A DNA stretch of 64,000 bases from Deltaproteobacteria bacterium (lineage in GTDB: Bacteria > Myxococcota_A > UBA9160 > SZUA-336), in NCBI GenBank assembly GCA_031396695.1, contig JANNLG010000171.1, positions 6,053 through 70,052 of the forward strand, read 5' to 3'. Within the stretch, counting starts at the first letter, position 1. Every line of letters begins with the position of its first letter. The notes below the pieces were generated by a model that saw only the letters and a list, made by a program, of their open reading frames with translations, did not search any database and had not been told where the DNA came from. Positions 27,543-39,346 of this stretch are shown one piece after another. The translations under genes were made by a program, and so were the position numbers.

Positions 27543-29164
27543 CCACGCTCGTGTGGCTCGCGGCGTGCGCGATCGCTGCATTCGCGGGGCAGGCCGCGAT
27601 TCGAGGCCGTCGTGAGCTGCGCGCGTGGCTCGGCCGCGACCCGACGCCGGTTGCGCGCGCGACGCGGGCGCTCGCGCTGACGCTCGCGGCGCTGCTCTCC
27701 GCGCACGCGCTCGGACTCGCGCTCGAAACGCCCGATCGTCTCTCCGATGATTTCGCCGACGTGGTGATCGCGGTCGACACCTCCACCAGCATGGACGTGA
27801 CCGACGTCGCGCCGTCCCGCCTGCGCCGCGCGCTCCGTACGGCAGAGCGCGCGGTCCAAGAGGCACAAGGGGTGAGGTTCGCGCTGGTCGTGTTCGCCGG
27901 CGAGGCGTTCATCGCGCTTCCGCTCACCCAGGATCGCGACGCCGTGCTCACCTATCTGCGCGCGCTCGACAGCGAGACGATCTCGGTGAAAGGCAGCGAG
28001 CTCGCGCGCGGGCTCGAGGCCGCCGCTCGCGCGTTCGATCCGCGCTCGAGCCGACCGCGCACGGTGCTGCTGTTGACGGACGGCGAGCACTTCGGCCCCG
28101 CGCCCGACGCGCAGATCGCCGCGCTCGGCCGGCTGGCCGCGCAGGTGGTCGCGATCGGCTACGGCACCGAGGAGGGCGGCGCGGTGCCGGGTCAGCTCGC
28201 GCTCGCCGAAGCGGTACGGCGCGGCGAGGCGACCGTGTCTCGGCGTGGCGACGCAGTTCTGCGTCGGGTCGCGTCCGAAACCGGGGGCGCCTATTTCCGC
28301 GAGATCGAAGAGCGCCCCACGACCGCCGATCTGCTGCCGCCGCCCGTGCCGAGCGCGGAGCCCGAGCCGGAGTCGAAGGCCGATCCGCTGCTGCCCTGGT
28401 TGCTGGCGGCCGCGCTCGCACTGCTCGCGGAGCTCTGGCTGTCGGGCCAGCCGGGCGTTCGCATCTCGCGCCCGCGCGCGCGACGGCGTCAACTCGCCGC
28501 CGCGACACTGGCGGGTGTCGCGCTGGCGGGAACCGCCTTCGGCCCGCTCTCGAGCTGGCTCGAACAGGGCGACCAAGCGCTGGCCGCCGGGCGTCCGGAC
28601 GAGGCGCTCGCGCTCTACCGCGAGGCCGAGCGCGCGCGCGGCCCCGACGCGCGAACGCAGATCCGGATCGGCAACGCGTTGTTCCGGCTCGAGCGCATGG
28701 ATCAGGCCGCCAGCGCCTACCTCGAGGCGCTGCGCGCGCTCGCGCCCGACGATCCCGAGGCGCGCTTCGCGGCGAGCTTCAACCTGGGCAACACGCTGGT
28801 CGCGCAGAAGCACTTCGAGGAAGCGCGCGATGCGTACTGGGCCGCGCTGCTCGCGATGCCCGAGAGCCCCGAAGCCAAGTTCAACTACGAGTGGTCGGTC
28901 GAGCGCATTCTCGAAATCCCGCCGGTGCCCGAGACCGAGCCGAACCGCGACGCGCAGAGTGACTCCGAAGCGCCGCAGCCCTCGCCGTCCGGCGACGCGC
29001 CGGGTCGGGGCGAGCCGCAGCCCGCTCCCGGCGGACTCGACGAGCGCGAGGCGCAGGCCTGGCTCGAGACGCTCGAGGAGCCGGTCGGCGAAGCGCTCGA
29101 GCGCCAGGTGACCAACGAATTCGACGGCCAGCCGCGCGCGCGTCCGGGCAGCAAGACGTGGTGA
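27539..29164 (+). CDS. vWA plus TPR protein (BatB/BatC-like fusion)
   Basis: GTGA overlap with the upstream stop. vWA domain (VVIAVDTSTSMD) followed by TPR repeats. Confidence 0.8.
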   Translation: MTTLVWLAACAIAAFAGQAAIRGRRELRAWLGRDPTPVARATRALALTLAALLSAHALGLALETPDRLSDDFADVVIAVDTSTSMDVTDVAPSRLRRALRTAERAVQEAQGVRFALVVFAGEAFIALPLTQDRDAVLTYLRALDSETISVKGSELARGLEAAARAFDPRSSRPRTVLLLTDGEHFGPAPDAQIAALGRLAAQVVAIGYGTEEGGAVPGQLALAEAVRRGEATVSRRGDAVLRRVASETGGAYFREIEERPTTADLLPPPVPSAEPEPESKADPLLPWLLAAALALLAELWLSGQPGVRISRPRARRRQLAAATLAGVALAGTAFGPLSSWLEQGDQALAAGRPDEALALYREAERARGPDARTQIRIGNALFRLERMDQAASAYLEALRALAPDDPEARFAASFNLGNTLVAQKHFEEARDAYWAALLAMPESPEAKFNYEWSVERILEIPPVPETEPNRDAQSDSEAPQPSPSGDAPGRGEPQPAPGGLDEREAQAWLETLEEPVGEALERQVTNEFDGQPRARPGSKTW

Positions 29165-30396
29165 GGGTTCGAGTCGCCGCGCTGCTCGCGCTGGTTGCGC
29201 CGTTCGCGCCGTTCGCGCTCGGGGCGAGCGCCGCGCGCGCCGAACCCGCGCAAACGCTCGAGGTGCAGGTCGCGCTCGATCGCGAGCAGGTCTTCGTGCA
29301 CGAGCAGGCGGTGCTCTCGGTGATCGTGCGTCACACGCCCGATGCACGCGCGAGCTGGGAGCCGCCGCCCTTCGACGGTTTCTGGGCCGAGCGCATCGGC
29401 ACGCGCGGCCTGCCGCCCGACGCGCAGGGACTGCCGCGCACCGAGTTCCGGCGCGCGCTGTTTCCGACGCGCAGCGGCGAAGTCGCGATCGCGGCTTCCA
29501 AGCTCGTGCTCGTCGGCGAGGGCGGCTCGGAGCTCGAGATCCCCGTACCCGGCAGCGTGCTGCGCGTGCTGCCGCTGCCCGCCGAGGTGCCGGAGGGCGC
29601 GCTGGTCGGTCAGCTCGAGGTGCGCGTCAGCGCGAGCGACGATCGCCTGCGCTTGGGCAAAGCGCTCTCGCTCACGATCGAGCTCGCCGGCGAGGGCAAC
29701 GTGTGGGACGCGAAGGCGCCCGCGCTCGAGGCGCTCGTCGGCCCCGACGTCGAGGTGTTCCCCGAGGCCCCGCTGATCTCGATCGGCGAGAGCGCCGGCC
29801 GCGCCACCACGCGCCGCACCTTCCGCTATGCGCTCGTGCCCTCGCGCACGGGCACGCTGCGCGTCGAGCCGGTGCGCTTTCCGTACTTCGACCCGAGCCG
29901 GCGCGCGCTCGCGAGCGCCGAGAGCGCACCCGTGCTCTTCACCGTGTTCGCGGGCAGCGCAGACGCGGAAGAGCGCGCCCCGTGGGAGAACCGGCCCGCG
30001 CTGCGCGAGGCGACGCGCCTGCCGCTCGCCTGGCTCGCGTTCGCGTTCGCGGCCGCGCTCGCGCTCTCGTACTTCCTGCTGTCGCGTCGACGCCGCGCGC
30101 AGGCGGCGCTCGGTCTGACCGGAAGCCCGCCCTCGCCGCGCAAGGCGTTCGAAGCCGCACTCGCGGCGCGCGACACACGCGAGTGTCTGCCGCTGCTCGC
30201 GAACGCCGTGCGCGCCGCGATCACCGTCCGCCACGGCTTCGACGCGGGGACGCTCACGAGCCCGGAAATCGCCTCGCGCAATCCCGATCCGGAAGCGCTC
30301 GCGCTGCTGCTCGCGCTCGACCGCGCGCGCTTCGCGGGCACCGCCCGCGCCGACGACGCGCTGGTCGCCCGCGTGCGCGCGTACCTGAAAGTCTAG
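29158..30396 (+). CDS. BatD-like secreted/membrane protein
   Basis: Signal peptide. Body similar to BatD. C-terminal TM (LPLAWLAFAFAAALALSYFLL). Its start overlaps the upstream stop. Confidence 0.6.
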   Translation: MVRVRVAALLALVAPFAPFALGASAARAEPAQTLEVQVALDREQVFVHEQAVLSVIVRHTPDARASWEPPPFDGFWAERIGTRGLPPDAQGLPRTEFRRALFPTRSGEVAIAASKLVLVGEGGSELEIPVPGSVLRVLPLPAEVPEGALVGQLEVRVSASDDRLRLGKALSLTIELAGEGNVWDAKAPALEALVGPDVEVFPEAPLISIGESAGRATTRRTFRYALVPSRTGTLRVEPVRFPYFDPSRRALASAESAPVLFTVFAGSADAEERAPWENRPALREATRLPLAWLAFAFAAALALSYFLLSRRRRAQAALGLTGSPPSPRKAFEAALAARDTRECLPLLANAVRAAITVRHGFDAGTLTSPEIASRNPDPEALALLLALDRARFAGTARADDALVARVRAYLKV

Positions 30397-31391
30397 GAAG
30401 CGTGTTGGCGCTTCGCGCGCGCGTACAAGTCGGGCGTGTTGCCGACGTACGACTCGAGCAGCTCGCGATCGCCGATCGCCGCATCGGCTCGCTCACCGAT
30501 GAAGAAGAGGCCGAGTGCGGCGTCGCGCGCAGCCGGCCGCGACGCGAGCAGGAAATCGAAATACTTCACCCAGAACAACGTGACACGGCAGAGCGTCTTC
30601 ACGGCGAAGCGCGAGCGGCGTCCGCTCGCGAAGCCGAGCAACAGAGATTGGATTGCGTAGCCGAGGGCCGCACCCGGACCGGACGAGACACCCGATGAGA
30701 GCTCGCGGAAGCGCGCGAAGAGCCGCCGGTGCGCGAGGCCCGAGAAGCGGTTGAAGTCGTACGCACCGCCGTGCACCGGCAGCATGAACGGCGTGTCGGC
30801 ATAGACGATTCCCTCCGGCCGCAGCACGCGGTGGATCTCGTCGGCGATGGCCTGCGGATCCACGCCGTGCTCGAGCACACCGTCGACGATCACCGCGTCG
30901 AACGAGCCGTCTGCAAAGGGAAGCGAACGCGGGTCCGAGAGGACACCAACACCCGCGCCCGGAACGCAATCGCACTCGATGCAGGAAAGATCGGGATCCT
31001 GGCGCAGTACCGCGTTTGCGGCGCGCGCGTGCTTTCCGCCGATGTTCAGAATCTCCGGCCGTGCGCTGCGCGCGAACAGCAGGGCCTTGAGCTGCGCCGC
31101 ATTCCGCCGTGCGGCGAGATTCAGATCCAGGCTCGGCAGTGCGCGCAGCGCGAACGCGTGCAGGCGTGATTGCGGTGGCTTTCCCAGTAAACGCTCCGTG
31201 TAGTCGGCGATCCGAAGCACACTCTCGCGCTCGTCGATCAGGACCGGCGCTCCGTCGACGATCGGGAATCGGATCGCGCAGGCGCTCTGGAGACACTCGA
31301 GCTCCGGACCTCGCTCCCCCAGCGCGCCCCGACAGCGCGGGCAGCGCAGTCTCGTCACCGCCACGCGCAGAATCGACCTAGATTCCGTCAT
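30393..31391 (-). CDS. Class I SAM-dependent methyltransferase with N-terminal Trm112-like zinc ribbon
   Basis: CPRC...C...C ribbon. SAM-binding motif (ILNIGGKHARAA ... VIVDGVLEH). Confidence 0.7.
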   Translation of the reverse strand: MTESRSILRVAVTRLRCPRCRGALGERGPELECLQSACAIRFPIVDGAPVLIDERESVLRIADYTERLLGKPPQSRLHAFALRALPSLDLNLAARRNAAQLKALLFARSARPEILNIGGKHARAANAVLRQDPDLSCIECDCVPGAGVGVLSDPRSLPFADGSFDAVIVDGVLEHGVDPQAIADEIHRVLRPEGIVYADTPFMLPVHGGAYDFNRFSGLAHRRLFARFRELSSGVSSGPGAALGYAIQSLLLGFASGRRSRFAVKTLCRVTLFWVKYFDFLLASRPAARDAALGLFFIGERADAAIGDRELLESYVGNTPDLYARAKRQHAS

Positions 31392-31455
31392 TCAGTTGTC
31401 ATTCTAGCTCGGCCATGTGGCAGTATGCCCACGCCATGACGACGAATGAGACTCT

Positions 31456-32946
31456 GTGAGCTCGACCGCTGGGCAAGAGCCACACGTCCTGCTCGTCGAT
31501 CTGAACAACTTCGCGCGCTACCCGACCGTCGCAGTGGGGTTGCTCGCGGCGGTCCTGCGCGACGCCGATCTCGAAGTCGAGGTCCTGTCGCCGCTCGCAT
31601 TCGGCGTTCCCGGCGTGCCACGTGAGCCGCGAGCAGCTCCGTGGGGCGCGGTAGAAGCGAAGCTCCGCTATGCGACCGCGATGTCGCGAAACCCGATCGT
31701 GACTCGTGCGCGCGCAGCGCTCGTGGAGCGTCGACATCCGATCAAGAGCCGCGCCATGCGCATGCTGCTCGAGTCGCTCGAGGCGAAGCTCACGCTCGGA
31801 TGCAACGTGGTGCTGATCTCCGCGTACTTGATGTACTTCGAAGCGTGCCGCGAGATCGCGCGAGTCTGCGCGGCCCGCGGAATTCCGGTGCTCATCGGAG
31901 GCAGCTACTTCTTCCAGCCCGAAGTCGCCAGCGAGTGGACCGGCATTCCGGGCGTGAACGCGGTGGTGGGGGGCGAGGTCGAGCCGTATGTCGCCGAGAT
32001 CGTGCGCGCCGCCGTCGGCGGCAAGGAACTCGGCGGATTCCCGGGCGTCTGGGTAGAAGCGACGCAGACGGCGCCGGCGAGACCTCTGCTCGGTCTCGAC
32101 TCGTTGCCCTTTCCCGACTACAGCGATTTCCCGTGGCACCGCTACCCGGAGCGCATCGTGCCGATCGTCACCGGGCGAGGCTGCGGGTGGGGCGTCTGCA
32201 CGTTCTGCTCCGACGTAACGAGCACAGCGGGCCGAACCTTCCGCTCGCGGGACGCCGGCAACGTGCTCGACGAACTCGAGTTCCAAGCGCGGCGACACGC
32301 CACGCACTTGTTCGTCTTCACCGACCTGAAGTTGAATTCGGACGCGGAGGTCTGGAGCGCGCTCATCTCGCGCACGCGTACGCACGTTCCATCCGCGCGT
32401 TGGATCGGCGCGGTGCACGTCAACGGGGATCGGCCCGACGGCGTGTCGCTCGCCGAGCTCCGCGCGGCAAAGACGTCCGGTATGGTGCGGTTGACGACCG
32501 GACTCGAGTCCGGCAGCCAGCGCGTGCTCGACGACATGCGCAAGGGCACCAACCTAGGCACGACTCGCCGCTTCCTGGAAGATGCGGCCGTCGCGGAACT
32601 GAGCGTCCGACTGACGATGATCGTGGGCTATCCCGGCGAGCGAGCGGAAGACGTCGGGGCGAGTGCGACGTTCGTCGAGGAGAATTCGGCTCGGATCGAT
32701 CGCATTCTCCTGAACCGCTTCGCGCTCATGACCGGAACTCGCCTGCACCGGAACACGGAGCGCGATGCCCACGCGGATCTTGCGTCGGTTCGACCGAACC
32801 ACCGTGTCGCGCTACTCGACCACGAGTTCGAACCCGCGCGCGACCCCGCATACCGGCGCCAGGTGAACCGTCTGATCTCGGCCGTTCATCGCGTGAATCG
32901 CCGACCGATTCGCGAAGGCGCGAGCGAGTTCGAAGGCGTCATGTAG
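31456..32946 (+). CDS. B12-binding-domain radical SAM protein
   Basis: N-terminal cobalamin-binding Rossmann region. Radical SAM cluster motif with CX4CX2C spacing (GRGCGWGVCTFC). Confidence 0.75.
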   Translation: MSSTAGQEPHVLLVDLNNFARYPTVAVGLLAAVLRDADLEVEVLSPLAFGVPGVPREPRAAPWGAVEAKLRYATAMSRNPIVTRARAALVERRHPIKSRAMRMLLESLEAKLTLGCNVVLISAYLMYFEACREIARVCAARGIPVLIGGSYFFQPEVASEWTGIPGVNAVVGGEVEPYVAEIVRAAVGGKELGGFPGVWVEATQTAPARPLLGLDSLPFPDYSDFPWHRYPERIVPIVTGRGCGWGVCTFCSDVTSTAGRTFRSRDAGNVLDELEFQARRHATHLFVFTDLKLNSDAEVWSALISRTRTHVPSARWIGAVHVNGDRPDGVSLAELRAAKTSGMVRLTTGLESGSQRVLDDMRKGTNLGTTRRFLEDAAVAELSVRLTMIVGYPGERAEDVGASATFVEENSARIDRILLNRFALMTGTRLHRNTERDAHADLASVRPNHRVALLDHEFEPARDPAYRRQVNRLISAVHRVNRRPIREGASEFEGVM

Positions 32947-34147
32947 CGAGCGCCCTCTGGAAGAGCGCTTCCAGTCGCCCGACCTGCCGCTCGATCGTGT
33001 GCCGCTCGAGCACCAGCGCGCGCCCGCGTGCGGCCATCTCATCGAGGCGTGGGGCGGAAGTCGCGAGCAATTCGCGCAGCGCGTCGGTCAGGTCGTCGAC
33101 GGCGTCCGGCGACACCAGCCAGCCCGTCTCCCCATCGCGCACGAGCTCCGGAATCGCAGCAACGCGACTCGCGATCACCGGGCGGCCGAGCGCCAGCGCC
33201 TCGATGATCACGACCGGCAGGCCCTCCGCTTGGCTCGGTACGACGACGCCACGTGAACCGAGCAGAGCACTGCGAACCCGAGACTCGTCGGCCCAGCCGT
33301 GCACCGAGACACACCCGCGCAGGTCGAGCGCGTCGAGGCGGGCCTCGATCCCACCGCGAAGCTCCCCATCACCGACGAGCACCAGATCGAACGCAACGCC
33401 CTCGCGCGAAAGTCGTGCGGCGGCGTCGAGCAGTCGTAGTTGACCCTTGCGACCGCTCAGACGACCGACGCAGACCAATCGCTGCGACGCGGGATCGATC
33501 GGAGGAGAGCCGGACAGGAAAGCCGCATCGACACCGCACCGCACGACGCTGAGCTTTGAGCGATCCGCTTCGTCGCACAGCGCGGCTACCTGTTCGAAGC
33601 AATAGTCGCTGATCGCGACGGTGAAGACCGCCGCGCGGACCTTCAGCCGCAGGCCGTCGCGAGCCTCCGGCACGAACTCCTCGGGGCCGTGCACCGTCAG
33701 GCTGTACGGAGTCCCGCCGAACACCTGAATCACGTGCGCCACGGCAGCCGGATGCGTGCCGAAGTGCACGTGCAAGTGGGGTAGCCCGCGCAGAGCGAGC
33801 TCTCGCGCGAGAACGACGGCCTCGAACAGGTAGACGAACGCGTGCCGCAGGCGTCTACCGTCGGCGGGCGCTACGGCGTACGCCGCGAGCCAGGCCGCGA
33901 GCATGCGCCGTGGGTGCGTGACGAAGGCATGCAGAATGTCTCTCGCGATGCGCCGCTTCGACTGCTCGAGAACCACGAAGGTGAGCGCGATCTCCGCGCG
34001 GTCGGCTGCGTCGACGACAGCGTCATGTCCCGAGCGCAGCGAGCAGCGGAAGACCTCGTGTCCGCGCTTCTCCAGCTCGCGGATCTCGCGTCGGATGAAC
34101 GTGTGGCTGGGGTACGGATACCGGTGCGTGAGATAGGCGAGCCGCAT
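32939..34147 (-). CDS. Family 4 glycosyltransferase
   Basis: GT-B fold with EX7E-like C-terminal motif (EGLPVVIIEALALGRPVIAS). Confidence 0.85.
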   Translation of the reverse strand: MRLAYLTHRYPYPSHTFIRREIRELEKRGHEVFRCSLRSGHDAVVDAADRAEIALTFVVLEQSKRRIARDILHAFVTHPRRMLAAWLAAYAVAPADGRRLRHAFVYLFEAVVLARELALRGLPHLHVHFGTHPAAVAHVIQVFGGTPYSLTVHGPEEFVPEARDGLRLKVRAAVFTVAISDYCFEQVAALCDEADRSKLSVVRCGVDAAFLSGSPPIDPASQRLVCVGRLSGRKGQLRLLDAAARLSREGVAFDLVLVGDGELRGGIEARLDALDLRGCVSVHGWADESRVRSALLGSRGVVVPSQAEGLPVVIIEALALGRPVIASRVAAIPELVRDGETGWLVSPDAVDDLTDALRELLATSAPRLDEMAARGRALVLERHTIERQVGRLEALFQRALAT

Positions 34148-34187
34148 GGCCGCGGCAGTCTAGGGGGCGGCATTGAATTGCGGGTGT

Positions 34188-34775
34188 CTAGTTTTGAGCC
34201 GGCAGATCCTCCGGCCGATTCAGATTCCGCAAACTCGCGAGCTCGGGATCGAGCGCGCGCAGGTCGGCTTCGGGGACGAAGACCGTGTTCAGGTCGCGCA
34301 GCAGCGCTTGCAGCGCGAGCTCGCCGCGCGCGATGCGGCGCTCGAGCTCGGGCAGGATGCGCGGGCGGTAGACGGCGAGCAGCGGCTCGGGGCCGCGTGG
34401 GCCGAGCGGCGCGACCACGTCGGCGCCGCCCTCCGTGGACACCAGCGCGAGCAGCGCGAGCAGCACGCGCGGGTCGATGTCGGGCAGATCGCATGCGGCT
34501 ACTAGCACGGCGCTCGACTCGCAGGCGGCCAGCGCCGCCGCGATGCCGACCAATGGCGCGCGCTCGGCGTGGCGGTCGACGATGCACTCGAGACCGAGCT
34601 CGGGCAGCTCGTCGGGTCGCGCCACGAAGCGCACGCGCTCCAGACACGCGCCGAGCGCGGCCGCGACGCGCGTGGCGAGCGGCGCGCCCTGATAGTGGAG
34701 CGTCGCCTTGTCGCGACCCATGCGCGTGGAGCTGCCGCCGACCAGCACCGCGCCTTCGACGTGCGAGAGCTTCAA
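34188..34775 (-). CDS. mobA: Molybdenum cofactor guanylyltransferase
   Basis: LVGGSSTRMGRDKA motif. 195 aa. Confidence 0.8.
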   Translation of the reverse strand: MKLSHVEGAVLVGGSSTRMGRDKATLHYQGAPLATRVAAALGACLERVRFVARPDELPELGLECIVDRHAERAPLVGIAAALAACESSAVLVAACDLPDIDPRVLLALLALVSTEGGADVVAPLGPRGPEPLLAVYRPRILPELERRIARGELALQALLRDLNTVFVPEADLRALDPELASLRNLNRPEDLPAQN

Positions 34776-36028
34776 AACCCGGGCTCGGTCTGCAGATCGT
34801 CGGAGTGGAGCAGCTGCACGGGCACTCGCGCGCCGGCTTCGACGCGGGTCGTGTCCTCGGCCACGAAGGCGAGCCCGTCGGCGCGCACCATCGAGAGCAG
34901 GATGTTCGAGCCCTGCGCGCCGGTCTCGCGCGCGTGCAGCTCGCCTGCCCGGCGCTCGAGCGTGACGCGCACGAAGTGCGCGCGGCCCTTGGGCTTGTCG
35001 TAGGCCTCATCGAGCACGGCCGACTCCACCGCACGGTACACACGTGTGTGTCCCATCATGCGCAGCAGACACGGCCGCACGAACTGCTCGAAGGTGACCA
35101 GCGTCGAGACGGGATTCCCGGGCAGGCCGAACACGGGCCGCTCGCCGATCGTCACGAACGCGAGCGGCGCACCCGGCTTCATGCGGATGCGCCAGAGCCG
35201 CAGGTTTCCGCCCAGACCCGCGAGCACCTGCTTGATCCAGTCGCGGTCACCGACCGAGACGCCGCCGGTCGAGATCACCGCGTCGCAGGCGAGCGCCGCG
35301 CGGAACTGGGCTTCGATCGGGTCGGGCTCGTCGGGGGCGATGCCCAGGTACACGGGCTCGGCGCCGATCTCGCGCAGGCCCGCGCACAGCGCGTACGAGT
35401 TCGAGCTGGCGATGCGGCCGTCCGCGCGCAGGCGGTCGGGCTCGACCAGCTCGTCGCCGGTCGCGAGCACCGCCACGCGCGGCCGCGCGCGCACCGAGAC
35501 CTGCGTGCGTCCGAGCGCGGCGAGCATGCCGACCAACGGCGCGCGCAGGATGTCGCCGGGTGATGCGACCAACACCCCGGGGTGTACGTCCGAGCCCGCG
35601 CGACGGATGTGCTGGCCGAGCTTCGGCGCGCTGCGCACGCGCACCTGCTCGCCCTCGACCGCGGTGTCTTCGACCATCACCACCGCGTCGGCGCCGGCGG
35701 GAATCGCGGCGCCGGTCATGATCCGCGCCGCCTCGCCCGCCCCGATCGCGCGCTGGCTGCGCTTGCCCGCGGGCAGGTCGTCGACGACGCGCAGCAGCGA
35801 CGGCGCGCGGACGGCGTCGGCGGCGCGCAGCGCGTAGCCGTCCATCGCGGAGTTGTCCTCGGGCGGGATCAGCACTCCGGCGTGGATCTGCTCGGCCAGC
35901 ACGCGTCCGGTCGCGCGCTCCAGCCCGAGGGTCTCGCGCCCGAGCGCGGGGGCCGAGCCGAGGATCAACTCGCGCGCCTCCGCGACGCTCACCGTCGACC
36001 GCTCCGCCTCGCCCTTGGCCTCGCGCAT
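34772..36028 (-). CDS. moeA: Molybdopterin molybdotransferase
   Basis: MoeA domains (SAMDGYALRA, GGVSVGDRD). ATG at 36028. ATGA overlap with the mobA start. Confidence 0.85.
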   Translation of the reverse strand: MREAKGEAERSTVSVAEARELILGSAPALGRETLGLERATGRVLAEQIHAGVLIPPEDNSAMDGYALRAADAVRAPSLLRVVDDLPAGKRSQRAIGAGEAARIMTGAAIPAGADAVVMVEDTAVEGEQVRVRSAPKLGQHIRRAGSDVHPGVLVASPGDILRAPLVGMLAALGRTQVSVRARPRVAVLATGDELVEPDRLRADGRIASSNSYALCAGLREIGAEPVYLGIAPDEPDPIEAQFRAALACDAVISTGGVSVGDRDWIKQVLAGLGGNLRLWRIRMKPGAPLAFVTIGERPVFGLPGNPVSTLVTFEQFVRPCLLRMMGHTRVYRAVESAVLDEAYDKPKGRAHFVRVTLERRAGELHARETGAQGSNILLSMVRADGLAFVAEDTTRVEAGARVPVQLLHSDDLQTEPGF

Positions 36029-36137
36029 CACCCCTCCGCGGGCTAGTCTGCCCAAAACTTAGGCAGATCGCCCTGCGATCGCCGCGGCGTGAGCATGCAC
36101 CGGTCGGCTCCGCCCTTGCATCTAGCTGGCGGGTCCG

Positions 36138-37219
36138 ATGAAAGAAACCCTCGAGCGCATCGACGACATCCTCGGATCGCTCCGCGTGGGGATCCTCGCG
36201 ATCGATGCGGACGGCCGGGTCGAGCTCGAGAACCCCGAGGCGAGCCGGATCCTGGGCCAGTCGATCGTGGCCGCGGTCGGCCGCCCGCTCCACCAGGTGC
36301 TCGGCCGCCAGCACCCCGCGAGCGCCCTGCTCGAGACCGCGCTGCGCGAAGGCCGGGCGGTTTCGGAGCACGGCTGCCTAGTGCCCGATCGGATGGGTGG
36401 CCGGCCGCTGGTGGTCGATCTGTCCGCGGCCCCGATCGGACGCGGCAGCGAGGTGCACGGCGCCGTGCTCTCGCTCAGCGACCGCACGATCGGCGTCGAG
36501 CTCGAGGACCTGCTCGGCCAGCGCGCGCGCTCCGAGCTGTTCGCGCAGCTCGCGGCCGGCATCGCGCACGAGCTGCGCAACCCGCTGTCCGGCATTCGCG
36601 GCGCGGCCGACCTGCTGCTGGGCAAGCTCCCCGAGTCGAGCCTCGCGCGCTACCCCGAGCTGATCCGCGCGGAAGTCGATCGCATGCGTCGGCTGCTCGA
36701 CGACCTGGCCGAGCTCACACGCGGCGGCGACCTGCGCCCGCGCCGCGCCAACCTGCACCGCGTGATCGACGACGTGGTCGAGCTGCACAGCCACTCCGAG
36801 ACGTGGCAGGGCATCAAGATCGAACGCAGCTACGACCCGAGCATTCCCGAGTTCGAGTTCGACCCCGACCGCACCACGCAAGTGCTGTTGAACCTGATGC
36901 GCAACGCGGTGCAAGCGATGGCGGGCAGCGGCACGCTCACGCTGCGCACGCGCATCGAGTCGGCGTACCACTTCGAACACGTCGGGCCCGAGCGCGCACG
37001 GCTCGTGCGCATCGACATCCAGGACACCGGCCCCGGCATTCCCGACGAGGACCTGCCGCTCCTGTTCACGCCGTTCTTCACGCGCCGCAGCTCCGGCACC
37101 GGGCTCGGTCTGGCCGTCGCTCAAGCCTGGACCGTGAAGCAGGGCGGGCGGATCCTGGTGCGCAGCCGCGCCGGAGAAGGAACACGCATGCGTGTAGAGC
37201 TGCCCCTCCGGAAGCCGAC

Positions 37220-37223
<4 letters not shown>
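36138..37223 (+). CDS. PAS-domain sensor histidine kinase (NtrB-like, cytoplasmic)
   Basis: H-box AHELRNPL. N, G1 and G2 boxes (LLNLMRNAVQA, DTGPGI, GTGLGL). Confidence 0.8.
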
Positions 37224-38685
<1,462 letters not shown>

Positions 38686-38689
<4 letters not shown>

Positions 38690-39342
38690 CGGTTGCCGGG
38701 CTCGAGCGCGTGCAGGGTGTGTACGCGCTCGTGGACGACGACCCGCGCTGGCGCAACCATCCGCGCGCGCAGCTCGCGGGCGCGCTCGCGGGCGGCTCGA
38801 CCGTGATCCAGCTTCGGCTCAAGCACCAAGGCGACGGCGCGACGCTCGCACTCGCGCGCGAGGCGGTCGTCCACACGCGCGCGGCTGGCGCGCTGCTGTT
38901 CGTGAACGACCGTTTCGATCTGGCGCTGCTGGCGGGCGCGGACGGCGTGCACCTGGGGCAGGACGACCTCGCGCCGGAGGGGATCCCGGCCGACGCGCGC
39001 GCGCGGCTCCTGGTCGGGCTCTCGACCCACACGCTCGAGCAGGTGCGCGCGAGCCGCGCCAGGCCTGTCGACTACGTCGCGTTCGGGCCGGTCTACGGCA
39101 CGCGCTCGAAGGCATCGGAGTTCTCGCCGCGCGGGCTCGCGCTTCTGTGCGAGGCCGTCGCGCTGGCCGAGCGGCCGCTGGTCGCGATCGGCGGAATCAC
39201 GGCCGAAAACGCCGCGGACGTCCGCGCTGCGGGCGCCGTCGCGATCGCCGTGATCTCGGCCATCGCCGACGCGAGCGACCCGGCCGAGGCGACGCGTTAC
39301 CTTCGGGCGCGCTTTCTGGCCTCGCCCCCCGGGAGAAACTAG
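38686..39342 (+). CDS. thiE: Thiamine-phosphate synthase
   Basis: TMP-TENI family motifs (GVHLGQDD, VAIGGI). GTGA overlap with the upstream gene. Confidence 0.8.
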
Positions 39343-39346
39343 CTCG

